Assembly: GCA_900299035.1 (NCBI GenBank) | Contig: OMIG01000240.1 | Span: 1-44,257, forward strand | DNA length: 44,257 nucleotides | DNA from: Pseudomonadota bacterium | Lineage (GTDB): Bacteria; Bdellovibrionota_C; UBA2361; OMII01 | Direction of reading: 5' to 3' | In this document: piece after piece, positions 33,736 to 43,873 of the stretch | Numbering within the stretch: position 1 is the first letter of the stretch | How the letters are laid out: the number at the start of each line of letters is the position of its first letter | Program-made: the position numbers and the translations under genes | The notes under the pieces: generated by a model | The model's database searches: none | Told to the model about the DNA's origin: nothing | What the model saw: only the letters and a program-made list of their open reading frames with translations

Positions 33736-34353
33736 GTGAAACCAGGCAATCGGATAAGACTCCTGCACATGACTCACGAGGCGCTGCGCTGCCTCGTGAC
33801 GCATGCAAACACCTCACGTTTCATGCTCGCAGCGACCTTCTTGACAGGGCTCGCTGCTGTTGCGGCTCTAACGCGAGCCCCGGTAGCCGAGGCGGACGAG
33901 CGTGATTTCCCAGATTCGCAGCTCGAATACTTCCATGACTTATACAAGACCTGTGCTCGAATTGAGCTAGGAAACGATGCGACCAGGGCGGCGGAGGCGG
34001 ACCGCCTCGCTGCCAAGAGGGAGCTGGCCGAGAAATTTCAAGGCAAAGCGCAAGTTGAAGGATGGCGCTGCTACATTACGCCGAACGGCTGCGAGCTGCG
34101 CTCAAAGCAGTCTCAGTGTTTGGGAATTCAGGATTGCTCTTTCGAGCTCTGGCCAACGAAACTCTGGCTTGAGTACGCCAATCCCAAATCCGTAGAAAAA
34201 TTATATGTCGGAGACCTGATCGAATTCGACGCAATTCGGCAGCCGTCTTACTGCGCGGAGCAATGGTTTCGCGCAGTCTACAACGTAAGAGTTGTCAGAA
34301 AAGAGATCTTTTCACGTGACGATTGGATGGATCTTGGCGATGAGCGACCTTAG
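33736..34353 (+). CDS. Hypothetical Cys-containing secreted protein
   Basis: The GTG start at 33736 has AGAGG 6 nt upstream. A hydrophobic signal-like segment (FMLAATFLTGLAAVAALTRAPVAEA) is present. I recognise no family. Confidence 0.5.
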   Translation: MKPGNRIRLLHMTHEALRCLVTHANTSRFMLAATFLTGLAAVAALTRAPVAEADERDFPDSQLEYFHDLYKTCARIELGNDATRAAEADRLAAKRELAEKFQGKAQVEGWRCYITPNGCELRSKQSQCLGIQDCSFELWPTKLWLEYANPKSVEKLYVGDLIEFDAIRQPSYCAEQWFRAVYNVRVVRKEIFSRDDWMDLGDERP

Positions 34354-36545
34354 CCCGAAATCCTGCGAATAGTCCCAGGCTGCGGGTACTGCGGGAGGGC
34401 AACTACCATGCGAGTTCCGGATGGCTGCCGATCGAACACCCGAATCTCGCCCTGATGGTCAGAGATAATTGTGCTTACGATCGCCAGGCCAAGCCCCGTG
34501 CCGCCCTTCTTGGTGGTGAAGTACGGCTCGAAGATCCGGTTCTTGTCGGCAGCAGGAACTCCTGGGCCGTTGTCGTGCACCTCTAAGAGAGCCCGAGAGC
34601 CCTTGCGATCAAACGAGAGCTTGACCTCTACCGCTGCGGCTGTAGCACCTGCGTGAGAAACAGCCGCCGCGACGGCGTTGTTGAGCAGGTTTCGAACCAC
34701 GCCGCGGATCTGCTCTGGGTCAAGCAGCATCTCCGGAATCTTGTCCTCGATAGAGAGCGAGAACGTCACGGTCTGGTGCTCGGCCGTGAAGCTTTGGACT
34801 GTGTTCCTGACCAGAGTGCCTAGGTCAGCTGACACGAACTGCGCTGTCGGCATGCGGCCGTACTCCGAGAATTCGTTGGCGAGGCGCTTGATGATCTCCA
34901 CGTGCTCCACAATCGAGCGAGTTGATTCCTTCACTGACTCGGCCTGCTCACTTCCGTTGAGCAGCCGCTCCAGGCGCTGAGCCGATAGCTGAAGCGGGGT
35001 GAGGGGGTTCTTGATCTCATGAGCGATACGCCGCGCCACGTCACGCCACGCAGCGAGGTGCTGGGAGCGCGACAGCTCTGTCACGTCATCGAGCAGTAGC
35101 ACGTACCCCAGGTGCGAGCCGTCACCTGAGACCACCCGCCCCGCGGTGGCGACCACTATCAGCTCCCTTCCACCGCTCTCAATGCGCGTCTCCGCCTCAA
35201 CAATCGCTGGCGAGCTACGCGCAGCTCCGCCTCCGAGCGCATCGAGGAGCGGGCCAATTTTTGCAAAGTCCTCTGGACGCAAGACCTCCGAGAGGCGCGC
35301 GCCAGAGTTGAAGTGAATGTGGTCAACTTGCAGCAGGGAGGCCGCAGCGCTGTTGACTGTGGTAACACGCTGCTCGTTGTCGAGCGCCACCACTCCCACG
35401 GCGAGGTTCGCCACGATAGTCTCAATCAGCACTCCGCGCCGCTCCGCCTCATCACGCGACCTCTTGAGGTCCTGTAGCATCTGGCTGAACGACGTAACGA
35501 GGAACCCGATCTCGTCGTCGCGCATCGGCGGCAGCTCGAAGTCGTAGTTACCTCGGGCGACAGCGCGCGTTCCCTCGGCCAACTTCTGAATCGGCCCCGT
35601 GATCTGCTTCGACACGAAGAATGCGATCCAGATAGCGCCAAAGAGGGTCATCAGGTTAAAGAGAGCAAGCGTGAGGAAGAAGTTCGCCTTGAGGGGGTGC
35701 TTGCGTGACTTGAGCTGCTCGTACTCGTTGTAGGCGTCTTGAACCACACCCTCAGCGTGCACCACCTCAGGGTCCATGCGGTACGAGACCACGAGGGTGC
35801 GAGAGCGAACGGGCATGTAGGTCCGTACGAACTGTCCGGCGCCTCTCTCCTCAATTCGGAGCTGCTCCTCACCCCGAGCGGCATCTTTGAGCGCCTCGGG
35901 ATCGAGTGGCGGCTCGCCGAATGAGTCCACGAGTGCTGTCGGATGTGACGCCTCAAGCAGCACTCGCCCATCCTTGTCCACGAGCTTTAGGGAGTAGAGC
36001 TCGTTGAGCTGGCGCAGGTTCTCGAAATGGTCCTGCATCCCGGTGAGAGAGTCGCTGTCGAGGCTTCCCTTGTGGGCGAGGTCCCCTCGGATCCTTCCAG
36101 CCGCAGCTTTGACCTGCACCTTCGTGCTGCTCATGTACTGCCGAGCGATGGTCAGGGAGCTGCTCACCGTCGACTCTATCTGGGGGCTAAACCAGTCTTC
36201 CATGGCTTCGCTGATGAGCCCGCTAGCGACTAAGAACGAGAGCCCCATCGGCACGAAGGCGATAAGCACAAACGCGCCCATCAGGCGTGAGCGCAGCTTT
36301 GCGCCTAAGATTCCCCGCTTGCGCTCGAACATCAGCTTGACCACGTTTCTGCCGACCATGACGATCAGCACGAGCAGCGCGAGCACGTTGAGGTTGACCA
36401 GGAAGAATACGAGCAGGTTGCTCAGGAACGAATCATCCTCAGAGCGCCAGTCCAGGATGGCTGAGAAGGCGAGCAAGGCAAGCAGAAAGCCGCAGGCCAC
36501 CAAGACCCAGCGCAGCCTCCTGACTATGGCTACAGCGGCCTTCAT
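34350..36545 (-). CDS. NtrY-like sensor histidine kinase (multi-TM, HAMP, PAS, HisKA, HATPase_c)
   Basis: The N-terminal region is TM-rich. It is followed by a HAMP domain (GPIQKLAEGTRAVARGNYDFELPPMRDDEIGFLVTSFSQML), a PAS-like region, the H-box HEIKNPLTPLQLSAQRL, the N-box VRNLLNNAV, and the G-boxes DNGPGV and GTGLGLAIV. Confidence 0.85.
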   Translation of the reverse strand: MKAAVAIVRRLRWVLVACGFLLALLAFSAILDWRSEDDSFLSNLLVFFLVNLNVLALLVLIVMVGRNVVKLMFERKRGILGAKLRSRLMGAFVLIAFVPMGLSFLVASGLISEAMEDWFSPQIESTVSSSLTIARQYMSSTKVQVKAAAGRIRGDLAHKGSLDSDSLTGMQDHFENLRQLNELYSLKLVDKDGRVLLEASHPTALVDSFGEPPLDPEALKDAARGEEQLRIEERGAGQFVRTYMPVRSRTLVVSYRMDPEVVHAEGVVQDAYNEYEQLKSRKHPLKANFFLTLALFNLMTLFGAIWIAFFVSKQITGPIQKLAEGTRAVARGNYDFELPPMRDDEIGFLVTSFSQMLQDLKRSRDEAERRGVLIETIVANLAVGVVALDNEQRVTTVNSAAASLLQVDHIHFNSGARLSEVLRPEDFAKIGPLLDALGGGAARSSPAIVEAETRIESGGRELIVVATAGRVVSGDGSHLGYVLLLDDVTELSRSQHLAAWRDVARRIAHEIKNPLTPLQLSAQRLERLLNGSEQAESVKESTRSIVEHVEIIKRLANEFSEYGRMPTAQFVSADLGTLVRNTVQSFTAEHQTVTFSLSIEDKIPEMLLDPEQIRGVVRNLLNNAVAAAVSHAGATAAAVEVKLSFDRKGSRALLEVHDNGPGVPAADKNRIFEPYFTTKKGGTGLGLAIVSTIISDHQGEIRVFDRQPSGTRMVVALPQYPQPGTIRRISG

Positions 36546-37126
36546 TCTTCAGGGGCCTCTGGCCGAAGCGAAAAGTCTTCCCAGTCAGACGTAGACTCAA
36601 CCACGTTGACCAGCCCTAAGGTGAGAAATCGAGAGAGGTGCGCGAAGGTGCGGCTCGACGCGCCCTTGCAGCGAAATATCGTCCGCACCGAGAGGTAGGC
36701 TCCTGGGTGGCCCAGGATCTCTGGGTCCTCACGCACGAGAAACGAGAGAGGAAGGTTCTCGGTGCGAAGCGCCTGCTCGGCAGCTTCCTCCCGGTTCGGC
36801 ACGCCAACCGCTGTTGCCTCGCTAACATCTCCGTAGCGATCAGACACCACACGGTAGGTCTCAGTGATGCCGTCGTACTCAACCGTGTGCAGCTCGGAAC
36901 GGGCGTACTCGCATCGGTCGAGCCATGCGCCACGCTTTCGGCAGAGGCGGAACTCGAAGCGCACCCGCGCCTGGTTGCCCTCTGCTAGGCACTCCTGCAC
37001 GGAGCCCCGAAGGCCAGGGACAATGACATTGACCCCCTGCCTGTCTGACGACGTCCAGTCGACGCTCAAGAAAGGCTCAACGAGAGCGAGAGCCGCAACA
37101 ATCAGGGGGGAAACTACCTGCACCAA
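36542..37126 (-). CDS. DUF4390-like protein
   Basis: The 194-aa product has an N-terminal hydrophobic segment. ARVRFEFRLCRKRGAWLDRCEYARSELHTVEYDGITETYRVV resembles the DUF4390 core. From memory, this family precedes ntrY in betaproteobacteria. Its stop overlaps the ntrY-like start as ATGA. Confidence 0.55.
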   Translation of the reverse strand: MVQVVSPLIVAALALVEPFLSVDWTSSDRQGVNVIVPGLRGSVQECLAEGNQARVRFEFRLCRKRGAWLDRCEYARSELHTVEYDGITETYRVVSDRYGDVSEATAVGVPNREEAAEQALRTENLPLSFLVREDPEILGHPGAYLSVRTIFRCKGASSRTFAHLSRFLTLGLVNVVESTSDWEDFSLRPEAPEE

Positions 37127-38233
37127 CTACTCCTTGGAAAAAAGCGTCCCTTGTCCGGCGCGCCCGGAGAGCGGCCTCTGCAGGTGCCGGTACGCGCGCT
37201 CAGTAGCCTCACGGCCGCGCTTCGTGCGCGAGATGAACCCCTCTTGCAGCAGGTACGGCTCGAAAACGTCTTCGAGCGTCTCACTGTCCTCGCCTAGGGC
37301 CGCAGAGATCGTCTCTATTCCAACTGGACCGCCATCAAACTTGTCGATGATCATGGCAAGGAAGGCCCTGTCCGTTCGGTCGAGTCCGCTCTCGTCGATC
37401 TCCAAGAGCTCCAGCGCCTCTCGGGCGACCTGTGGCGTGATTTCGCCGCCCGCGCACTCTTCCGCGAAGTCGCGAACACGCTTGAGCAGCCGATTCGCTA
37501 TGCGAGGAGTGCCGCGAGCGCGCGAGGCGATCACGGTGGCAGCTTCTGGATTGCAGCCGATCTCCAGGATACCCGAGGACCTTGTCACAATCTGGGCTAG
37601 CTCCGGAACTGAGTAGAAATCGAGGCGGTGCACGATCCCAAAACGGTCGCGCAGCGGAGACGTCAGGAGCCCCGACCGCGTCGTTGCTCCGATCAGGGTA
37701 AACGGCTTGAGCGGAATCTTGATTGAGCGCGCCGCGGGGCCCTGTCCAATCACGATGTCGAGCTCAAAATCCTCCATCGCCGGATACAACACCTCCTCGA
37801 CCACACGCGACAGGCGGTGGATCTCGTCGATGAAGAGAACATCTCTCTCCCCGAGCGACGTAAGGATGGCAGCTAGGTCACCCGGGCGCTCGATGGCAGG
37901 CCCCGAAGTGCTCTTGAAGCCCACTCCAATTTCACCGGCGATGATTCGGGCCAAGGAGGTCTTGCCTAGGCCGGGGGGGCCGTGCAGCAGAACGTGGTCG
38001 AGTGCCTCGCCGCGGCGCTTTGAGGCGTTGCAGGCGATCTGAAGATTGCCGCGCACGTGCTCCTGCCCGACGTACTCGTCGAACCGGCTCGGCCGCAGCG
38101 TCGTTACCAGCAGCTCTTCTTCGTCGGAAGGGCTGGCGGCGACAACTCGCTCGCTGGTCGCCAGCTCTGTTCCCGCCGAGCCCCAGATCTCGAGGTCGTC
38201 GGGTCCATTCTCGCCATTGTCTGTTGGGCTCAT
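37127..38233 (-). CDS. ruvB: Holliday junction branch migration ATPase RuvB
   Basis: The motifs [13 protein letters not shown], ...[16 protein letters not shown], ...[11 protein letters not shown], ...[17 protein letters not shown] and ...[11 protein letters not shown] support the call. I set the start to the ATG at 38233. Confidence 0.95.
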   Translation of the reverse strand: MSPTDNGENGPDDLEIWGSAGTELATSERVVAASPSDEEELLVTTLRPSRFDEYVGQEHVRGNLQIACNASKRRGEALDHVLLHGPPGLGKTSLARIIAGEIGVGFKSTSGPAIERPGDLAAILTSLGERDVLFIDEIHRLSRVVEEVLYPAMEDFELDIVIGQGPAARSIKIPLKPFTLIGATTRSGLLTSPLRDRFGIVHRLDFYSVPELAQIVTRSSGILEIGCNPEAATVIASRARGTPRIANRLLKRVRDFAEECAGGEITPQVAREALELLEIDESGLDRTDRAFLAMIIDKFDGGPVGIETISAALGEDSETLEDVFEPYLLQEGFISRTKRGREATERAYRHLQRPLSGRAGQGTLFSKE

Positions 38234-38369
38234 ATCGACTGCGTGCCTCTGGAGTAAGCGCAAACGGAGCATTCCACTCCGCCCGTGGATACTACACCGC
38301 CCCGCCCCTTCGGAACAGGGTTCTTAGCCCACAAACGAGCATTAATACGCTATGATTCCAGATGCTTGC

Positions 38370-38987
38370 CTAGACGTGCCGGAGCGCCTCTCGCACCAGG
38401 TCTCCGACATCCACGGCTTCGCCCACGCGCTGCACGGCCTGGGAGACAGCGCTCTCGGCATCTTTGCGGCCGAATCCGAGCACCTCGAGCGCCGAGACGG
38501 CGTCGTGCGATAGCCCTGCTGGCTTACCCGCCGGGCCAGACTCCACTGTCACCATCGACCGCAGGGCGGTCGATCGCTCACCCGCCATCGACGCCACGAG
38601 GTCCTTAAGCTCAACAACGATCCTCTCGGCCTTCTTCTTGCCGACTCCCTTAATGGACATTAGGGCCCGAACGTCTCCCGAACCGATAGCGCGCAGCAGA
38701 TCTCGAATAGCCACGTTAGAAAGAACGTCCAACGACGACCTCGGCCCCATGCCAGAGACACGGTTGAGCAGCAGGAACATCTGCTTCTCAGCGGTCGAGC
38801 CGAATCCGAAGAGCCGTATGGCGTCCTCGCGAACATCGGTGTACACGCTCAGCACGGCTCGTGAGCCAATCCCAAGCTGAGAGAGCGCAAGGCTAGTGCA
38901 AGCAACTTCGTATCCAACCCCACCGACATCGATGATGGCTGTTTCCCCGTCAATCTCGACTACCTCTCCTGAAAGCCTGCTGATCAT
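38370..38987 (-). CDS. ruvA: Holliday junction DNA-binding protein RuvA
   Basis: The motifs MISRLSGEVVEIDGETAIIDVGGVGYEV, ...LFGF and ...HhH (IKGVGKKKAERIVVELKD) support the call. I set the start to the ATG at 38987, with GGGAGA upstream. Confidence 0.92.
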   Translation of the reverse strand: MISRLSGEVVEIDGETAIIDVGGVGYEVACTSLALSQLGIGSRAVLSVYTDVREDAIRLFGFGSTAEKQMFLLLNRVSGMGPRSSLDVLSNVAIRDLLRAIGSGDVRALMSIKGVGKKKAERIVVELKDLVASMAGERSTALRSMVTVESGPAGKPAGLSHDAVSALEVLGFGRKDAESAVSQAVQRVGEAVDVGDLVREALRHV

Positions 38988-39199
38988 GTGCTGTCTCCCT
39001 GCTGGTGGCCGTCCCCAGCTCTGGCCTCGGCTGGCGCAAGCGTCTGGCCGAGCTTCGAGCCCCTTCGTCATGCCCTCGGGGTCAAGCCCGAATCGGCTAG
39101 CCCGCGAGAAAGTTCGATTGAAGGAACTTTCCTACCACCACAAACCACCCATACCTTGCTACACTCGCTTCGGTCGGGCCTAAAAACCTGTTCTCGGAT

Positions 39200-41623
39200 A
39201 TGTCCCAGAAGAAGTCAACCAAAACAAAGAGCCGCCGCTCCCCGAAGACGCGCAAGCCCAGGGCAAGCAAGGCAGCCGCGCCTCGTCGGCGGCCGTTGCG
39301 CCGGGCCGTGCTGTGGCTGTGCGTGCTCCTTCTGCTCGGCGCGACAGGTCTCTTTATCTCAGTCGACCGGGGAGTTCGTGCTCGGCTGGCCGCGCCACAG
39401 CATGCTGGGCTACCGGTGGTCTACTCCGCGCCCCTAGACATCTCTGGACTGGTCTCGCGGATGGACGAAGCCGGCCCAGGGCAGGTCTCGCGACTGCGAA
39501 TGGTTCTCACGGACAGGCGCTACTCAGAGGTGCCGGGCGCCCCGACTCGGCCCGGAGAATTCTCTGTTTCTCCCTCCTCGCTCTCAATTGTGACCCGGCC
39601 CTACCGCAACGCAAACGGCGCCCAGGTGCAGTCGCGCAAGGCCACCCTAGCCCTCAACGAGCCTGCGCGTGAACGGCTGCTGCTTGAGCCGCAGGTGATA
39701 TCCTACTTCAACGCCTCTGACGTGCGAGCGAGCACCTTCACTCCGCTAAGCCAGATCCCCAAGGTGATGCAGCAGGCAGTCATAGCGATTGAAGACGAAC
39801 GCTTCTACGGCCACTTCGGGCTAGACCTGGTAAGCATCTCGCGGGCGCTCTTCACAAACCTCATGGCAGGCAGGCTTGTGCAGGGGGGAAGCACGCTCAC
39901 TCAGCAGCTCGCCAAGAATCTCTTTCTGTCTCCGAAACGAACGCTCTCGCGCAAGCTGATGGAGATTCCAACGGCTCTCAGCCTTGAGTACAGGCTCACC
40001 AAGGACCAGCTTCTTGAGCTGTACCTCAATGAGGTCTACCTCGGACAGGAAGGTTCGGTGGCGATTCACGGGATGCCGGAAGCCGCCAACGCTCTCTTCG
40101 GAAAAAAGATCTCAGACATTACGCCCGATGAGGCGGCGCTGCTCGCCGGAATCATCAAGGCCCCATCGAGCTACAACCCACGCAAGCACCCCGAACGCGC
40201 GCGCGAACGTCGCGACGTGGTTCTGGCGAAGATGCTGGAACTCGGATACCTCACCCAGCCGCAGTACGAGACCGCGAAGCGCCAGCCGCTGAAGGTGGTG
40301 CAGCAGCAGGAGCACAGGCGCATCGCCCCCTACTTCGCTCAATCGCTAGAGAGCGATCTAAAGGGAGCCATCGACATCGAGTCAGTATCCTCCGGCGGCC
40401 TGGCGATCTACACGGGTCTTGATCTCGGCATGCAGCGTTGCGCCGAGGCAGCCATCGAGAACGGCCTCGCGAAGCTCGAGGCCGCCAACCCCAAGATCGT
40501 CGCCGGAGGGAAGCGTCCGGAAGCAGCGCTTGTTGCGATCGAGCCCTTCTCTGGGCTCGTCAAGGCCTGGGTCGGCGGGCGCGACTTCGGCTCCTCGCAG
40601 TTCAACCGCGTCAGCCAGGGCATGCGCCAGATGGGCTCGACGATTAAGCCCTTCCTGTACCTCACAGCGCTCGACGGATCGCTTAACTCGTACAAGGTCG
40701 CCTCTCCGGTCAGCATCCTCGAAGACCAGCCCCACGAAATTAAGCTCAAGCACCAAGCATCCTGGAACCCGGAGAACTACGACCACAAGTTTCGAGGAGA
40801 CGTAACACTGCGCTACGCCCTGGAGAACTCTCTCAACATGCCCGCGCTCTACATCGCTGAGCGGATCGGGCTTGCGGCGCTGCGCCGAACGGTATCTGCG
40901 TTCCGTTTAGCCGAATCAGTTCAGCAGGTGCCTGCCCTTGCCCTTGGGGCCCTCGACACAAATTTGCTGCGGGTAGTTGCGGCCTACGGCGCCCTGGCTA
41001 ATTCCGGCATCTACATCCAGCCGAGACTCTACCTGGCCGTGCTCGATGACAGCGGCGACAGGCTCGCGACGTCAGAGCTCTCCGAGGAGCGGGTGGCGGA
41101 AGACGGAGCGACGTACGTGCTCACAAACATATTGCAGGGGGTCCTCTCGCGCGGAACGGGCAAGGCCGCTCGCGCTGCCGGCTTCGAGCGGGACGCCGCC
41201 GGAAAGACCGGGACTTCAAACGACGCCCGTGACGCCTGGTTCATCGGCTTCACTCCTAACCTCGTGGCTGGCGTCTGGGTAGGCTACGACGACAACACCC
41301 CTATCGGGCTTACCGGAGGCGCGGCTGCCGCGCCGATCTGGGGGGAGTTCATGCGCTGCAGCTCTTCCTACTTACCGAACAGCCCCTTGGTTGCGCCCGC
41401 CTCGGTGTCTTTCGTCGAGATCGACGCCGCCTCGGGTGGCCGGGCCACGAGCGAATGCCCCGAATCGGAGCGCATCACTGAGGTTTTTGTGCGAGGAACC
41501 GAGCCCAGCGAGGTCTGCCCGCTGCATCCGGGGGAGGTCGGCCACAGCGAGCCGCCCAGCCGCTACGAGCCCAGGCTGCGGGGCCGCGAACGGGGCTTCT
41601 GGAGTTCGCTCTTCAGCGGCTAA
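39200..41623 (+). CDS. mrcA: Class A penicillin-binding protein (PBP1A-type bifunctional transglycosylase/transpeptidase)
   Basis: The GT51 motifs are AIEDERFYGHFGLD and GGSTLTQQLAKNL. The transpeptidase motifs are STIKP, SLN (ENSLNMPA) and KTGTSN. A basic N-terminal tail and a TM anchor are present. Confidence 0.93.
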   Translation: MSQKKSTKTKSRRSPKTRKPRASKAAAPRRRPLRRAVLWLCVLLLLGATGLFISVDRGVRARLAAPQHAGLPVVYSAPLDISGLVSRMDEAGPGQVSRLRMVLTDRRYSEVPGAPTRPGEFSVSPSSLSIVTRPYRNANGAQVQSRKATLALNEPARERLLLEPQVISYFNASDVRASTFTPLSQIPKVMQQAVIAIEDERFYGHFGLDLVSISRALFTNLMAGRLVQGGSTLTQQLAKNLFLSPKRTLSRKLMEIPTALSLEYRLTKDQLLELYLNEVYLGQEGSVAIHGMPEAANALFGKKISDITPDEAALLAGIIKAPSSYNPRKHPERARERRDVVLAKMLELGYLTQPQYETAKRQPLKVVQQQEHRRIAPYFAQSLESDLKGAIDIESVSSGGLAIYTGLDLGMQRCAEAAIENGLAKLEAANPKIVAGGKRPEAALVAIEPFSGLVKAWVGGRDFGSSQFNRVSQGMRQMGSTIKPFLYLTALDGSLNSYKVASPVSILEDQPHEIKLKHQASWNPENYDHKFRGDVTLRYALENSLNMPALYIAERIGLAALRRTVSAFRLAESVQQVPALALGALDTNLLRVVAAYGALANSGIYIQPRLYLAVLDDSGDRLATSELSEERVAEDGATYVLTNILQGVLSRGTGKAARAAGFERDAAGKTGTSNDARDAWFIGFTPNLVAGVWVGYDDNTPIGLTGGAAAAPIWGEFMRCSSSYLPNSPLVAPASVSFVEIDAASGGRATSECPESERITEVFVRGTEPSEVCPLHPGEVGHSEPPSRYEPRLRGRERGFWSSLFSG

Positions 41624-41677
41624 CGAGCAATTGTACCCTTGCCCCTACCCGCCCCTTCCAGTAATGATCTAGAGGGT

Positions 41678-43297
41678 ATGCAGTGTATTCTTGGCGTAGA
41701 TCTGAGCTCTCAGCCGTGTGAAATAACGGTGTCTCGTGTCGAGGGCGAGCAGGTGGAGGTTTTGGAGCGAACCACCGCAGCAATACCGCTGCTGATGGAC
41801 CGCGAGCTGCTCAGCAAGTCTGACATTCGCCCACTGCTCTCATCCAAGAACAACGACAAGCTTCCTAGTGAGGGGGATGAGGAAGCGGACAAACCCGACG
41901 AGGGTTCCGGGGAGAGCCAGTCAGAAGGCAATTCGGTGCGGGAACAGGTGCAGACCGCGGTAGCAGCACTCAAAGAGGCCCTTGCGTCTCTTCAACACGA
42001 ATGGTCGGCATCTTCAGTCATCATTCCACCCCACGACCACGTCTCCCTTAATCTGACGCTGCCGTTCGGCGACCAGCGGAGCCTCAACGCCGTGGTGGGC
42101 AACCAGATTCAGGACGTGCTGCCTTTCGAGACGGACGAATTCCTGATTCAGTACTGCACGGTCGGGCTGTTCGAGGCTGGCACGGGGATCACCTCCGCTG
42201 CGGACGAGCCCTCAAGCACCCCTTTCGACATTCACGTCGGGGTCATTCCGAGAGGTTTCGTCAGAAACCTTCTTGAGCTTTGTAAAGCTTCCGGCCTTGA
42301 GCCAAACGTCCTCACCGTGCCATCAAGTGCGGTGGCGGCGGTCTACCACCTCGGGAAAGAGTTCTTTAAGGCCAACTCGGCTATCGTGTTTAACCGTGGA
42401 GACGAGTACTCGATGGCGGTGCTCGTGAACGGCGAAGTCCGAGTCGAGCGTGCGCTGCTGGCTTCCAACATCATCCCAGCCGCTCCAGGCGACCGGAAGG
42501 AAGAGTCCCTCAAGCACATCTTCACGGCCCTCAAGCTTATGATTGCCTCAACCGAGCGCAGGTACGGCACCCGTATCGAGAACGTCTACCTGCTCGGGCG
42601 GGACATAAAAGGCTCCAACCTTCAACAGCTCTTCGGAAGGCCGCTCGAAGGGCTGCGGTTTGAGGATCTCATCAAGAGCAGCCAGCCGGGCGCGGCGCTC
42701 TCTGCCCTCAGCTCGGTCTTCGCCAAAGACGAGGACGCTCCGACGCCGCTAACCAACTACCGAACTGGAGAGTTTTCGTTCACTCCGCGCTTCGGAGAGT
42801 TCCTGCGTGCCATGCTCGGAGCGAAATCGTACGTCCTCACTGCGGCCGTGGCCTGCATCGTTGCCGTCGGTGGCCTCTACGGTATCCGCGAGTTCACCAT
42901 CTCTCAGACCAAGAGCGCCCTCGAGGAGCAGATTCGGGGTGTCATTCCTAACTTCGAGGCACAGGGCACTGACGTTCTTGCCGGTCTCCTCGATGCTCAG
43001 AAGAAGCTCTCTGACGAGCTGGGCGTTCTCGGATCTCCCGCGAAAGTGTCGGTGCTTGAGGCTCTGCTAGACATCATGAAGCTCCTTCCTGAGGATGGCA
43101 GCATTACGGTAAACTCAATCAAGGTGACTGACACGAAAGCGACCATCTCGGGCACGGCGTCATCGATCAGCGCCAGCGAATCGATCGCCAAGACCCTCAA
43201 GATGAGCAAGGACGTGTTCTCTAAGGTAGAGCAGCCACGGACGTCCCCCTCCGGTTCGAAGTTCAACTTTACGATCGAAGCAACTCTAGCAGTCTAG
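41678..43297 (+). CDS. Fused PilM-like (actin-like ATPase fold) and PilN-like bitopic protein, i.e. a GspL-type assembly platform component
   Basis: ILGVDLSSQ... and ...VVGNQIQDVLPFETDEFLIQY resemble PilM/GspL cytoplasmic domain motifs. A single TM segment (YVLTAAVACIVAVGGLYGI, about nt 42829-42885) is followed by a periplasmic domain of about 135 aa. The ATG at 41678 has AGAGGG upstream. Confidence 0.6.
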   Translation: MQCILGVDLSSQPCEITVSRVEGEQVEVLERTTAAIPLLMDRELLSKSDIRPLLSSKNNDKLPSEGDEEADKPDEGSGESQSEGNSVREQVQTAVAALKEALASLQHEWSASSVIIPPHDHVSLNLTLPFGDQRSLNAVVGNQIQDVLPFETDEFLIQYCTVGLFEAGTGITSAADEPSSTPFDIHVGVIPRGFVRNLLELCKASGLEPNVLTVPSSAVAAVYHLGKEFFKANSAIVFNRGDEYSMAVLVNGEVRVERALLASNIIPAAPGDRKEESLKHIFTALKLMIASTERRYGTRIENVYLLGRDIKGSNLQQLFGRPLEGLRFEDLIKSSQPGAALSALSSVFAKDEDAPTPLTNYRTGEFSFTPRFGEFLRAMLGAKSYVLTAAVACIVAVGGLYGIREFTISQTKSALEEQIRGVIPNFEAQGTDVLAGLLDAQKKLSDELGVLGSPAKVSVLEALLDIMKLLPEDGSITVNSIKVTDTKATISGTASSISASESIAKTLKMSKDVFSKVEQPRTSPSGSKFNFTIEATLAV

Positions 43298-43311
43298 GAG
43301 CGCCGGACGAG

Positions 43312-43869
43312 ATGAAAGAAAAGCTCCTCGAACTCTTCAAGCAGCGCACACCTCGCGAGAAGGTGATGCTCGTGGCTGCCGGCCTCATCCTGGCCTTCAT
43401 GGTCATATATCCAGTGCTGGTAGAGCCAACCCAGGAGGCATTTGCACGGCAGTCGGAAGAGCTCCAGTCCCTCTCGAACGCCTACTCTAAGACCCCGATG
43501 GTGCTCCAGCGCTACGCCACGCTTCAGGCCCGGCGTAACGAGCTTGAGAAGTTCTACAGCGAGATCAATGTGTCAGAGGACCCTCTCGCCTACCTGGAGA
43601 ATCTCCTGCGCGACGTGGCAAAAGCTAAGCCCGGAGAGTACACCGCGAACGCCCGGCAAGGATCAAGCCGCGGAGAGAAGTACATAACCAAAAGCTTCAA
43701 CGCATCCTTCCAGTCAGACAGCATGGCCAACGTCGCGAACTTTCTCAAGGCGCTCACAACCGGGTCCCAGCCGATGCTCCTCTCCTCAATTAGCCTAGAG
43801 CGCCGGGGTGGCGGAGAAACGCTGTACGTGCAGTTCGAAGTGAGCGGCTTTGAGGCGATCAACAAGTAA
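43312..43869 (+). CDS. PilO/GspM-like bitopic protein
   Basis: The 185-aa product has an N-terminal TM segment (VMLVAAGLILAFMVIYPVLV), a coiled segment and a C-terminal alpha/beta domain (...LLSSISLERRGGGETLYVQFEVSGF). This matches the size, topology and position of GspM/PilO. Confidence 0.55.
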   Translation: MKEKLLELFKQRTPREKVMLVAAGLILAFMVIYPVLVEPTQEAFARQSEELQSLSNAYSKTPMVLQRYATLQARRNELEKFYSEINVSEDPLAYLENLLRDVAKAKPGEYTANARQGSSRGEKYITKSFNASFQSDSMANVANFLKALTTGSQPMLLSSISLERRGGGETLYVQFEVSGFEAINK

Positions 43870-43873
43870 CGTA

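Noticed and set aside
36004-37616. Forward ORFs of 196 aa and 250 aa opposite the ntrY-like, DUF4390-like and ruvB genes.
   Set aside because: These are shadow frames of well-supported reverse-strand genes.
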